Assembly (NCBI GenBank): GCA_949358305.1
Contig: OX442314.1
Span: 17,484,001 to 17,548,000 of the forward strand
Direction of reading: 5' to 3'
Source: Strigamia acuminata
Taxonomy: Eukaryota
DNA length: 64,000 nucleotides
Below the pieces are notes generated by a model. That model was not told the DNA's origin. It did not search any database and saw nothing but the letters and a program-made list of their open reading frames with translations. Both the position numbers and the translations under genes were made by a program. Positions 13,130 to 26,687 of the stretch are shown here, piece by piece. How positions within the stretch are numbered: position 1 is the stretch's first letter; each line of letters starts with the position of its first letter.

Positions 13130-16100
13130 CTGCTGCTGTTGTTGTTTCTGCTGCTTAGATAAGTTTTCTGCTTCCTCTTGTTGAATTTCCAACAAACTTT
13201 TGACTTGCTTGCCAGGTGCAGCCGAGCTGTTCAAAACGCTATTTCAACCTCAATTACAAAACTTAATTACACAAATTACTCTATTCTTACACTCTCGACC
13301 ATGGCATTGAGGAATTCGATTTGCACTCCTGCTGTTGTTGTTTTTGCAGCAAAGCAGCTTGTTGCTGTTGCGATTGTATCACACGTTGACGTTGCTAAAG
13401 GCAAAAATTAAAAATTAATATTTCCCATTTAATATAATTAAAAAAAATCAAATTAAAATCAAATTGCACCTCTTCTCTTTCGTGGCGTTCCTTTTCTTCC
13501 TGGAGTTTCTGAATTTCAACCAGAGATACCGTTTCATTCGTTGTCGGTGCAATCTTAACTCCCCATGCCGGAGCTTGGACTTTAGCTCTTTCGGCCTTCT
13601 GCTTTTCCTGGAGTTTTTGCAAAGCTTCCAGTTGCTGTTGTCTTTGCATCTCTTGTTGCTTCGCCAACATCTCTTTCTGAAGCATTTCTTGCCTTTGAAT
13701 TTCCTGTTGTCTCTGCAGCTCCAGTTGTTGCATCTCCAACTGTTGTCGTTGAAATTCTTTAAGTTGCTCGGCTTCTTTCTGGCGTTGCAACTCCAACTCC
13801 TGTTGTTCTTTCTTCTTCTAAAAAATAAATAAATAACAAAATTGAAATTAATTTTTTAGACTTCTAAACCTTATGTTTAGAAAGTCTAATAAAACGGTCA
13901 TCTCCGTCTGTTCGTCTGTACGTCTGTCCTGTCTGTACGTCTGTTCGTCTGTCCCGTCAGAACGTCTGTCCGCATCAATTCCGCCAAAACTATAGCAGCT
14001 AGAGCCAAACGGACAGCGGCAATGAACTCAGCACTCCTTCAATAGGTTCCTAAGGTATTTTTGTATTTCTCCGACTTCCGGTTTAATTAAAAAACTGGTT
14101 ATTACACTTTTTTACAAACCGGAACCGGAAATGACATTTTTTTTTTTTTTTTTTTTAAGGGACAGACGGACAGACGGACAGGGGTTTAGAAGTCTAAGAT
14201 GTAATGCAAGCATTACAGTTATTTACTTGTTTTTCATTTAAAGCCGTTTTAAGTTTTAAATTCTCCTTACCCTTTCTTCTTCTTGTCGTCTTCGCTCTTC
14301 TTTTCTTCTCTTTTCCTCTTCTTTCCGTTTCAACTCCTCTTCTAATCTCTGCTGTTCTTTGCGCCGTAATTCTTCCTCCATTTTTCTTCGCTGCTCTTCA
14401 GCAAGCTGTCTTTCTTTCTCCTTTAATAACTCTTCTAACCGCTGTCGTTCCGCTTCCTCTTTTTGCTTTCTCAATTCCTCCTCCTTTTGTATTTTAAGAG
14501 CCTCTTCTCGCTTAAGTTCTTCCTGTCTTTTCATTTCCTCCTCCTCTTGTCGTTGTTGCATCAGTCTTAGCCTCTCTTCTTCGACTCTGTCGCTTTCTTC
14601 CTTGATTTTCCGCTCCAAATCTTGCAAAACCGAAGGATTACCGCCTGGAACACCTCCAGCAACGTCCCAAACACTATTTGGCTGTGGTTTGGCACTACCC
14701 TCCCAAGGAGGCGCAACACCTGTTGATTTTTTGAGAAAATTAAAAAACGAGGATCGAAACGTAAACCAAAGTCAAAACAAAACTAAAGGTTTTCATGCTC
14801 AAACCTGAAACTATCACAGAATTCCAACTGTTCATACCGTCTTTCATCACAGCAGGATTGATATTTGGTAATCTCTGGAACTGTTGTAACATCTCGGGAT
14901 GAATAACATCTTGCCCCGGTGGTCTGCAATAACTAAATTCAAACTCGATAGATAACGTAAAAATTTAAATAAGTATACCGTGCAGGCAGCTGTAATTGTT
15001 GTAGAAGTAGATGCTGCATAATGAGTTGTTGCTGCTGAACAGGATTAAGATTGTTGAAGCCCTCAGTTTCTTTGAGATTATTTATGGCTTGTTGTAAATG
15101 CACTTGATTTCTCATAAACATTTGTTGTTGCAACATTTGCTGCACTAACTGTTGTTGTAAAATCTGCTGTTGCAGCACGTATAATCGTTGTTCCTGCTCA
15201 TTCAGATGAGGGGGAATCGGCGGGGCAGTTAAATGCTCTTTCGGAGGAGCCAATGTGGGTGGCACTGGCGGTGGAGTATTCTAAAACACGAAACACATTT
15301 AATTAATTAATTAATTAATTAATTAATTAATTAATTAATAAAAAGTAATAAAAAAATTACCAATAGTGGAGGTGGCGCTGGGCCAGGAGAAAATGGAATA
15401 CGATCCCATCGTTTTATTAGTTCGCCCAGCTGAGCAAATCGTTCGTCGCAACCTCGCCTGACTGATAAGTTCATTGTGAAATAGCCAGCAGTAAACCACT
15501 CGGCCATTTCTGTCCGAGTAAAGGGACCCTGAACTTGACCCTGAGGATCTCTGTAGAACCATTTGAAGGCATCTTCATGCTGAACAGGAAGCGCTGAGCT
15601 GCGTGACGTTTGAGCTACTTTTTCATCATCCTGTAAAACACAAAATCAAAATAAATGATTAGTCATAACGCCCATCCACGATTAAATGCCAACAATACTT
15701 CTGCAGTCCATTTGGCCACCAAATTCTCAGCTGCTTTTTCGAGATGATCAAAATTCACATCTTCACTGTGCTTATCGCAGTCACTTCCTGCCGTCAAAAC
15801 ACCAGTTAAATTCGGAGCTTGCATATTTACACGCGTGGGAACAGTCAACGGATTATCAACGCTCGGAACACCACTAATTCCTTTCATATCTTTATGTATC
15901 TGAGTCGGCATTCCACTTTGTGCAACACTAGATATTTTCATACTGTAAGTAGGGTTATGATGATTAAAACTGTTGGTTTCGCTCAAACATGTCCTCTTAG
16001 ATTGCGTTTCTTGAATGTTGGATGGCACAGGAGATTCTCTTTCACTATTTGCAATGGGAGGTGACGATTTACACCGAGTACTGTTATCTACACTTTGCTT

Positions 16101-17934
16101 TCTAGACGCCGGCTCGATTATCCTTTGCGTAGAAAACTGCTTGTCATCGTTGGCAGTATGAGGATGATTAACAATATTGTCCGAACACACTTTTTCCCTT
16201 TCTCCTTTATGCAGTCGATTAGAAATTGCTTCTTCCTGGCGCTTTTTAAACCGTTCTTGCAACGACTCCTGCAACAAAACATTCAAGTTTCCCGAACATT
16301 AAAGATATTAAAAATAACGAGCAAACGCACCATATCTTTCTCTTCTTTATGCTGTCGTCCAACAGATGTCACGTCATCTAGCCGCTTTTTCACTCTTTCG
16401 ACTGTCGAGTCCTGAATCAATGAGAATTATTCACATTTATTTCTCAATACAAAACAAAAATAAAAATATATACTTTATCTTCGGGTGGTAATTTGGATTT
16501 TTCCTCCTCCTCACTTCCTGAGATTTGACTGTCGGACAACTGTAAAAATAAATATAAAATAAACGTGACAATCAAAATCACTTTTCGAATTGATTAGTCG
16601 CACACGCACAGACCTTGCTTTCCAAAAAGGCACCACTGGAATCAAACGTTCCAACAAACCCAACATCGCCGTTATCTTCCGTGCTCCATTCCGGTAACTG
16701 ATCACCTAAAATCACGAGCAAAATAAATTTTTTAAAAACATAAAAGGAGCATTCAATTATTTACGCACCACCACCTTCGTGATCACAATCCCACGATGTT
16801 TTGCTAATTCGTGATGACTTTTGATTAAAAGCTTTATCACTGCTGGTGGAACTGCTTCCGTCCCTGCTGTTACTACTATGTACACTGTACTCCCTATTGT
16901 TGTTCCACTCCCTTTCCGGATCTTGTTCTCTCTCATTTCTATCATTGTTTCGCCAACTGCTCCTGTCAGCTGTTAAACAAATACCAGTTAAAACGGTAAA
17001 TCCACAATGTATGAACAACTAACTTACCCCATTTCTCACCCCTAGTTGAAGTTGTTCTCCACCCACCATCGTCATTATCCGAATCTTTGCGCCAAGTATA
17101 ATTCCGACCCGAGTCTACGTATACCTTTTCAAACCTTCTTTCCCTAATTAAAACATGCCAAATCGTTTAATCCTATTCCGTAGCAACCTTCTAAATACGC
17201 GTTACTTGTCTTCCCAACTCTGACTTCTTTCGTGCATTGATTGGCTTCTTTCAAATGGCCGTGGACATGAAAATCCACCGGGAGAACCATCTGTGCCTTC
17301 ATCATTACTCAAACCACGTTGGTAGTAAGTTCCACGTCCTTTTATGTAATTTTAATTAAATAAAATGTGAAAAATGCTAACTATCTCAAGCCTTGTGCAT
17401 ACCACGGCCCCTTCCTCGCTCCGTAGAACCTCCACGACCACCTCGAGTAGGCGGAGGCGCAGCAGATCTTTCTGAACCTCGATTCATTAATCGAAGAACT
17501 GCGTCACTGTTTACAGACCGGGCCCAGGTTCGCTGAAAATTAAACTGAAACGATTAGCTTTTAACATTTATTTTTAAACATTTAGAGAACTATGTACGTT
17601 ACACACTTGCTCTTCTTCGGATATTGAAACCAGAGCTAGAGGCAATTGACACTTTTCAGTCGCAACTCCCTCTAATTCCAACATATCTTCTGGAGGTCTA
17701 GCATTCTTATCGAACAACGCTAACATCTCTTCCCGTCCGTATCGATATTCAGCAAGTTTATACTTCGGAAGACCTGGAGATGGAGGCGGTGATGCCACAG
17801 CACTGCCATGGGACAACGCTCGCAACCTAAACCAAATTAATAAAATTTAAATGTAATTTTTTTTAAAAAAAATAATAATAATAATAAAATAGTCACCATT
17901 CAGGACCAAACTTAAGCGCAGCAGTTTCAGTCAT
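12063..17934 (-). CDS. GIGYF: GRB10-interacting GYF protein (GIGYF1/2, Gyf orthologue), multi-exon
   Basis: N-terminus [18 protein letters not shown]; 4EHP-binding-type motif [14 protein letters not shown] domain exon ([15 protein letters not shown]...WFTAGYF) at ~15440-15570; long E/R/Q coiled coil; C-terminal EFTQWC...[13 protein letters not shown]...FAKEFLERR and [19 protein letters not shown]. Confidence 0.95.
13086..13153 (-). repeat. CAG/CAA trinucleotide repeat encoding a poly-Q tract in GIGYF
   Basis: (tgc/tgt)n on the + strand translates as [25 protein letters not shown]. Confidence 0.9.
13852..14222 (+). mobile_element. Non-autonomous Helentron-associated element (HINE, DINE-1-like) in a GIGYF intron
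   Basis: Sub-terminal inverted repeats TTAGACTTCTAAACC (13856-13870) and GGTTTAGAAGTCTAA (14183-14197). A further inverted copy forms a 5' hairpin (gtttagaaagtctaa, ~13876-13890). GTCY-type tetranucleotide microsatellite at ~13905-13972 with an inverted copy at 14161-14180. 3' stem-loop TGTAATGC-AA-GCATTACA (14200-14217). T-runs at both ends. Confidence 0.8.
15298..15338. repeat. (TTAA)n palindromic microsatellite in a GIGYF intron
   Basis: About 10 perfect TTAA units. Confidence 0.95.
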
Positions 17935-18911
17935 GACCAAAGATGATTGATATTTTCTCAACTGGAAAATATGAAACATCGATTAAAGTATTGGAGAGAC
18001 AAATGGTAAACATGATTGATTTGATTGAATAGTTGTGGCCACCTCACAACGTTTATTAAGTTTATTTCAAGGTGTATCGTATGACAACCTAGTTGGCATT
18101 CACCGGCAGCCCATCGCTTTCACACTTCATTTTCACGAGTATTTTATTAAATCGGAGCAACCAACTGTGCAGTAGGAATCGTGCTGCTACAAAATTTGTC
18201 TATTTATTTCACAAACTAAAAACTTCGTCCTTCGTGGTAGGAAATACCAGAAACGTACTACACGTGATCGAACAAGCGAAAACGGCAGATGCGTCGAACT
18301 TTGAGAAAATTCGTTTTTAAAGCCTGAAAATTTATTACGCCCTTTATATCCAAACCTTACCAAATACAATAATACAGCAACTGGAGGATCAGACACGACA
18401 GCAAAACCCAAGATGGCTGAACTTTAAGTAAGCACGTGACTAAGTCCCGGACGTAAGCCACCAATGTCCTCTTAGCACGCTAATCATGGTCATAGATTTG
18501 TTGTCTTCTCATAATAAATAAAAAAAATTAAATTTAAGTTTTTATGAAATTTATGTTTTTTGTGTGTCGAATTCAACAATTTGCGTTTTGTAATTTTCCT
18601 TATAAAATTATTTCCAGATTTTTTTTTTAAATCTAAAATAATTTTTAAATAAATAAAGATGCTTATGCTTGTTTTTAAAATTATTATTTTCCGATTGTTT
18701 TCAAGCAACTATAATCGAGATCTGAAACAAAAATAATAATAATAAAACATTTGTTTTAGCACCTGTAAGCCTTGTTAGGTTATATATAAAGGCCTTGCAT
18801 GAAAAGACACTGTAATTTCCGTTTCCGGAATTCTTGCGTGTAATTTTGAGTTGGGACATCCAAGCGTGTCTTTCCTCCGTACACTCAAGACCGTTTTATT
18901 AGCAAGCAGAC

Positions 18912-20759
18912 ATGAAAGTGACGGTAACAACTTTATCTGACGAGATATTCATTTTGGATGTGAGCGAGGATTTAGAACTTGAAAATTTCAAAGCGTTTTG
19001 CGAAATCGAATACGGAATTCCAGCGAGGGAGCTGATACTTCATCACGAAGGAAGACCCTTGTTAGAAGACAGTCGCTCCCTCAAGTATTATGGGATAAAA
19101 GAAGGCGACGTTGTCCTCATGCAACACATGCAATCGTCGGATCATCAATCGACAACTTCTTCAAGTAAAATAAAAATAAAATAATTTTTTTTTTTTAAAA
19201 TAATGAAATATGAGCACGTGCTCTTTTAAAAAAATAAAGAAATCCACTAACACGATTAAATTATTAATCTTCATATTTTTATTTGTCATTTACAGCCAGT
19301 TTGCCAAGTATTGATTTTGGCTCGGTTCGATTACCAGGAAACCCATCGTCATCTACCATCGCTTCCAATGAAAATGACCCAACTTTCATTCGTGACATGT
19401 TTATGGCCAATCCAGATCAATTGTCTTTGTTAAAGCAAAATAATCCTCGTTTAGCTGACGCTCTTTTGAGCGGAGATATTTGTAAGCTGAGCTGTTATTT
19501 TGTACCAAATAATTTTAAATTGAAAGCAGAATTATAGCTAGGTTTGCCAGAGTGCTTCAAGATCAACAAACTGAACGAGCTGATCGCGAGAGAATGAGGA
19601 TAAGAATGTTAAATGCGGATCCTTTTGATTTGGAAGCACAACGCTTAATTGCGGAAGAAATCAGGTTAGTAAAAAATAATCAATACACAGTTTTCAAAAT
19701 CAATTTATATCCGATTTGTTTCTTTTCAAAAAAAATAGATTACGAAATATCGAAACTAACATGGAAGCAGCGATGGAACACAACCCGGAAAGTTTTGCCC
19801 AGGTTGTCATGCTGTACATAAACTGCAAAGTAAACGGTCACCCAGTAAAAGCATTCATCGATTCTGGTGCTCAAACTACGATTATGAGTCAATCGTGTGC
19901 AGAAAGATGCACTATAATGAGATTAGTTGATACGAGATGGGCCGGAATTGCGAAAGGAGTCGGGACTCAAAAGATAATTGGCAGAGTCCATTTATGTGCG
20001 ATATTTAAAAGAAAGAAATATAAAATATAAAATTTACGTTTTGTTGTTTAATTCTAGGCCAAATTCAGATCGACGAAGTGTTTTTAACATCGTCGTTTTC
20101 CATTTTAGAAGATCAGCCTATGGATATGTTGTTGGGACTGGACATGCTCCGTAGACATCAAGTAAACTGTTACTCAAATTTAAAATGAAAATAATTTTAA
20201 TTCAAACAATATTAGTGCGTTATCGATCTTCAACGCAACGTGTTAGTGATTGGCTCAACTGGAACCGTGACTCGGTTTTTAGCTGAAAGCGAGTTGCCAG
20301 AGTGCGCTCGTCTCACATACAGCCCCGACTTGACTCCACGTCGTCACGAAGAAGAAGACAAACAGTTGGCTCAAGCTTTGCAACGATCTGCCGACGAAGC
20401 CGTTTCAAGTAAGACTTGCAGCCATGGAAGGGCTCTAGGGAAATGTAGTAAATGCAGAAAATAAATTAATGTTTTTTTTATTTTTTATTTTTTTCCTTCT
20501 CTTCTATCCTATTTGCCTTTAAAACCTTTTCTTTTGCTTGTTCCTGTTCACTTTCTAAGACTCCAACACTCCTTCCACAACAAATACTCCTAACCTTTCA
20601 ATTTTCCCAACTAGTAGATTCCCGGAAGCAGACGTCCAGAAGATAGTAGACATGGGTTTTAGTAGAGAACATGTCTTGAACGAGTTGCAACGATTCAACG
20701 GCGATGTCACGCAAGCTATGGCTGCTTTGTTCGCAAAATCACTTATGTTTACAGAATGA
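18912..20759 (+). CDS. DDI1: DNA damage-inducible 1 homologue (UBL - HDD - retroviral-like aspartyl protease - UBA)
   Basis: [48 protein letters not shown]; protease motif [41 protein letters not shown]; last exon UBA ([38 protein letters not shown]), TGA at 20757-20759. Confidence 0.96.
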
Positions 20760-21095
20760 ACTTAACGTGATCTCTTGAATTTTGTACAAACAAGAAATTT
20801 TGCACTTTCATTTCATACCTACAAAGCTGGCAACCAATTTATGGTGAAATATGGGTTTTTTAAGAACCAAATTTAAATAAACGTGTGGATATTTTAGACA
20901 GGGTTTACTTTACATATAAAAATATATTTTTAATTTTTTACATACACAAGTTAAACTCATCTATCATTCTTGCAGAAGAAATTGTCTTTTCACTAACTGG
21001 GTAATTATAAGGCAGAAAGAAGCTGTAGAAAATTTACACACTGGGTTTTAGTTGTTGTTCTTGATCGTGGTATTTACAATGTTCATTCTACTTGA

Positions 21096-24000
21096 TCAAA
21101 CTGGTGTGAAATCGGCTTCCGAGTCGTTTGTACAAGTGCTAGCCATGCTGCTCACCGATGTGATCGTCGAGATGTAATGCATGTGGCTGGAGCTCGCACC
21201 GCCACCTCGTCCATCGTTGTGATCGTGTTTTTTCGAAAAAGTTCCCGAATGGCTACCTTCAATTGCCGACCTTAATTCTTTTAAAGCAACTACACCAACG
21301 AGCCTTCCAAGAGCAGTCACGTACGCGTGATTTAGTCCCAGCAACGAGAACAGAGAATGAACCTGAACGTAAAACAATGAGTTGCGTACACATACGAGAC
21401 AGAAAACAAATTAAAATTCTACTTTTAGTAATGTTGTTCTCTCTACGAGTTGAAATGGTGCGGGATCAATTCCGCATTTATCGAAATTCACCGGTTGATC
21501 TAGTTGTTCCACTTCCCACGCTCGTTGTTCCTCGGGAGACATGTCGATAACTCGCTCCTTCGGCTGCAGTATTTTAAAATCAATTGAGCCAACGTTTAAT
21601 TTACGGTAATTTTAAATAACGTACCAGTTGAACTTTTTTTTGGCTGGAAACTGTGCTCTGGGGATTGTAAGATGCTCCGTCACCATCCGACTATTAAATT
21701 AACAAACTGGATGTGGTCAACATTCGATTTTGTTACCGGTTAAATGAATGAAATTACTTTATTTACACTTTCCAGTGCATTCGTCTTTTTAAAAATGGCA
21801 TCAAAGGCAGCGCGAATCCTCGAATCTACGGATACAAATGATGGAAATAATAAATTTGAAGCAAAAAAATTATATTTTAAAAATCCACCTTGAGCGGTAA
21901 CTGTAGAATAAGGTGTTGGCATTGGACTTGCAGCGGGCGGGCTTGATCGAGCCGTGAAAGAATGCGACTTTTTCAAGATCGATTTCCTCGGAACAATGTC
22001 ACGGACAAGACGGTTTCCTTGATCAGTGGCCAGTGCCTAAGATGAATAAAAATAAATGATCTCCTTTTTGCTACAATTTTGAGTTTTTAATTATCCTTTA
22101 AAAAGTTATACTTCTTCGTTTTCGTTTTCTATTTCTAAATCAACATTGCTCGAAAATTTGATATTCTGCAACATATCTGGAGCAGGCGTAACCTCGAACC
22201 TAGATGGACGCCTTTCACGCACAAATGGCGAACCGTCAATTTTTAATTGCTGCGACTCCTCTTTAGCCCTCCGAGCTGCCACTTGTAGCCGCCTCTCGCG
22301 ACCCAAATATTTAGCAAGAAGTGCAGCTAGTTCGATTCTTTGAACCGATCCCAATAAAATCATGGATTCTAAATAAATGAAATTAAATAAAATAAATCCA
22401 TGCTTAAATTATTTCTATAAATCGATAATTACCTGGCGAGTCAACCAATGGAAATGAGCGCAATTGTCTGACTGATTCAATAAGACTTTTTACATCTCTG
22501 TAGGTCGCTCCTAACCAGATATATTTCACATCTGTTACCATTATATCCTCCACGAATATGTTATAAGCACTAAAAAAAATTAGAAATGAGAAATAATTTT
22601 AAATTAATAACCAAATATTTACTCTGTAGAACTTGACACAATATCGGGCAAGTAAGGCAATTTTTTAATCATAATAATACTGTCGTAAATCGACGGTTGA
22701 AGAGCTTGAGCAACGGCATTTGAAACGAGCACCGCCACCTAGATACAACAAAAATATTAAAACGCTGCAATAACATATATATTTCAATTACCATTTACCA
22801 TGACTGGCAGTATGTGAGAAATCTGTCCAGTCAATTCGAACACGATTACAGAAGTCGATACCGTGTGAGTTACAGCTCCGGACCAAGCAGCCGCTCCCAC
22901 GACTGCGTAACCACCAGGCATTATACGACTTAATGTCGAACCGTACTGAACACCTTCTGGGAACCACAGAGACATGCATTCTCCAATAAGGCGGCCAAAT
23001 GCTGCTCCTACAAGCATCAAATAACTCTCACACGTGACGTCATACATTGTTTTATTGCCCATTTATTAATTTTACCCATTTTGAAGTGCGGTATGAAGAG
23101 ACCGGAAGCGACTGGGATTGTGCAGGCTAAAGTTGTATGGATAAACTATTTCATTAAAAAAAAATTTAAGCAATAATTGAAAAAATTAAATAAATTATAA
23201 TTTTGAAAAAGTAATATAAAGTACCATAAGTACGACGTATACTGTTAAAGTGATGTATATATTACTGTTAGGAGTTGCCCAATTCTTTATTATTCTGTCT
23301 TCGTCAATATCGTGATCACCGCTGGACCACGAGAAATTACTAAACAATTGTGTCACTTGTTCGTGGCCACTGATCTGAAAAATAATTTAGAAATTAAATT
23401 ACTGTTTAAACTTGTAATTTAACTCTATTTCGTACCTCGGTAGCCATAAACTGGCCTAATGCAAGAGGAAATGTTACAGATGATATCATTAGAGTTAATA
23501 TACCGGGGTATAAAAAACGACTGGAATAAAAATAGATGCGGTAATAAAGTAAAACCAAAGCCGTAAAAGCACGTACTTCTTTTGAAGAAAATAATTCATT
23601 TTTTTGTTCTTTCGCATCCAAGTTACATATTGTCTATGAAACCACACAAAAAATGCTCCGGCTAAACCAGACATGGCCCTAAAAAATTCACCATCAGAAT
23701 TTTAATAATTATAATTATTTATTTTATATTTTATATACCCAATTAAGGCAAACACAAATAATTCCTGCGGATCAAACGGAATTTCCAAGTTAAAATTTGT
23801 TTTAAATAACGCCGTAATTGTGACTAGAGAAGAAATAATTTAAAAAATGTTTTTAAAAATAATAAATTCAAAATTAGTAACTACCTTCATCTTTAAACCA
23901 GACAGCCAATAGCCTGAATACCATAGCACCACAAACAGCAGCAAAAAAGCCTCTCCAGTAATTCCGAACAGCAAAATACACCGATGTTACTTCAATACTA

Positions 24001-26687
24001 AACATTACACCTACAACAAAAATTATATTCTAATTAAGAAAAATAGGATCAGTATTGAGTCTTAATACCAACCTCCAACCGGAGCGGCAAAGCTGCACGC
24101 AACTCCGACGGCACAAGCTGCAGCCAGCATTTCGTGACTTCGAGATTCATTCTTAAAATTAATCAAAGAAAATGAATTAATAAATTTTTTTAATAAACAT
24201 TTTTATTACCTCGTAAATTCCTTTAAAAGAAGTAAAAAACTTGCTCAATAAATTACCCATTATGCTTGAAATATGTACAAATGGTCCCTAAAAATAACAA
24301 AAAAATAATTATTCAAAAGCTGTTTTAAAAATATTAAATTCGTGTTGCAATGTTATCTCTTAATCGTATTACAGTTAATTATCATTCTCCTAACCATTGC
24401 AATTTGATAAAAGGATAAAAAAACTGGCTATCTTGGAGCAATAAATTTAATCAGTTGATTCAAAGCATAGATTATATTTTGTCTATACCTCTTTGCCTAA
24501 TGGAAGCCCGCTTCCTAAAGTTGATGTTAAGCCAACGATTTTCGATATTAATGTTCGAAAAGTTAAATACTCTTTCAGAACAACACCGCGCAAAACAGTC
24601 TTCATTTCGGGAATTCCCGAACCTATGCAAAAATAATGAACAAATAACAAAAATTAAATTTTATACAAAAAAATTTGAATAAAAAATAAAAATTAAATAA
24701 AAATATAAAAAAAAAACTCGAACCAATGGCTTGTGGTGCAACGATGTGAGTAAAACCAGAAGAAAATAAAATGAGTACCGTTGGAAATGAGACCCAGGCG
24801 AGATATTGAAGGGCAGGCCGATTGACCAAATCCTTGTAGAGCCAGAGCCTAGCTGAATTTTATTTCATTGTAATTAATTTAATTATATAAAAATCAGTTT
24901 GCATATGCATGAGTTAATAAAGTGAGGACAAATCAATTAAGAGCAACTGATGCTTTTAATCGAAATGTCGAGTCACTGATCTGAGGTCACCTCTTTCACA
25001 CATGGCAATTGCAAAATCCATAGCGAAGCTCACTAGGGCCATGCTCACACCGAGTATCGCCAAAAACACCCAGTCTTCGCCGATTCGAGCAAAAGTGTGC
25101 CGCCATATCATACAAAAAAATTCTAAATAAATGAGAAAATATTAGAAAAACTAAAAATTTATTTATTTTATTTATTTATTTATTTACCTAGGCACTTTGA
25201 TCGACATTTTCCTGGATATGGTTTAAGATTTTTCCGTCTGAAACGTTCTTCTCTCTTCCGTAATTTATCGAGCAATCGCGCTCTTACAGCTTCTTCCTTA
25301 GCATATTCTCCGAGATCCCTCGAGTAGCGGCCATACATCTAATAACATTGTTTCAAGCTTATTAAAATTAAAAAATAATAATAGTAATTCAAAAATTCAT
25401 TGTGTTTGTTTACAGGGACGTTTTTATTGGCATTAAATAATAGATATTATTTATTTCGATTTTTTTTTAACTCTGTATTTTGATTAATTATATGTGTAAT
25501 TCAATTAGATTTTCCCCTTAAGCAGTGAAATCTTTTACATAATAATTTTAATGCCGGTAGTCCATTCCTAGTGAAAGGGATGAAGAGGTTTGCTCAATAT
25601 TAAAGTCATAATTCTTAAGATCAGAAATTTTGTCACGGAAGAAATGTTCTATTGGTAACAGTTTCCTGTACTATTATCATAAAGAAAGCCCTAAACATCA
25701 AGGACGAACTCAATTTTTAGGATTCATAATTGATTGTTGGATTTGTCAGTTATTTCAGCTGAAATATTCCAGATAAAATTGCAATCGGGCTTCTCTGTAG
25801 GGATGACGCGTTTAATTAATGCTGGTGTTAATTAATTTCTTGTTTAACACTATAATTTCCAGTAATTTTTATTTTTATACAATAAAAAGTGTCATGTTTC
25901 AGTAGTTTGTTTAAGTTATAAAAAGCAACCTTGAATAAGCAAGGTTACGAATAATAATAAAAAAAAATAACAAAAAGTGGTTGAAACAAGAACAAACTAG
26001 ACGAAGAACAATATTTGCAATGGGTGAATTAGTGGAATGGACAATTACCTGATGTTTCAACACCTTAAAATTTTAAAGAAAAATATTTTTACATTGAAAA
26101 AAAAAGAAAATAAATTATTTTTTTTACATTAAACAGAAAACAAGTTTGCGTAAATAAATGTGATAAAACATACTGATTAAATTTTAAGTGGGTTTTTCAA
26201 CCTTTTATCCTCAAAACACTCATTTTTTATTTTATTAAATGAATAAAAACATAAATATTCCAAAAAAATAAAAAAATATAAAAGAATTCAAACTTATTTT
26301 TTTTTTAAATATTTTATGACTGGATTATAATTTTAAATCATCCGCTAATCCTTCAGCCCCGCAACATCTAACCAGTCGCCAATTTCCCGCAACTTTAGTT
26401 AAAGTTCATTAACACATTAGAAATACATATACAGTCCTTGCAAGCTCGCACAGTAACTTCACTCATAACAGAAACAAAACCTCAGGTGCCGGTGTTATTG
26501 TGCATCATCATCACAATTAGGGGAAAAAAAGGAAAAAGTTACTTAAACGGTCTGTCCGCCGAATAAAACGAAGCAAATCGAAAGATCCGGTTGTTAAAAT
26601 TATAGTTTTACTCACCAACGTGTGCTGATAGCCCAACTCGGGAGTTTCTTGAGCATTTACGCTCGGCCGCCTTATGCTGGACGCCAT
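21096..26687 (-). CDS. CLCN2: Voltage-gated chloride channel ClC-2 / ClC-a type with CBS domains, multi-exon (the 5' end may extend further upstream)
   Basis: GYQHTL|MYGRY N-terminus; GSGIPE, GKEGP, FSIEVTS (Val at the proton-glutamate position, i.e. channel type), [36 protein letters not shown]2 with [10 protein letters not shown] and [16 protein letters not shown]. Confidence 0.95.

Noticed and set aside
13905..13975. Short repeats that might suggest a CRISPR-like array
   Set aside because: This is a tetranucleotide microsatellite inside the HINE, with no repeat-spacer structure, in eukaryotic DNA.
13464..14808. Long + strand ORFs rich in L/F/S
   Set aside because: Antisense shadows of the E/Q/R-rich GIGYF exons.
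19801..19995. Retroviral-type aspartyl protease motif (DSGA) as a sign of an LTR element
   Set aside because: It is the RVP domain of the intron-containing host gene DDI1; no gag, RT, integrase or LTRs are nearby.
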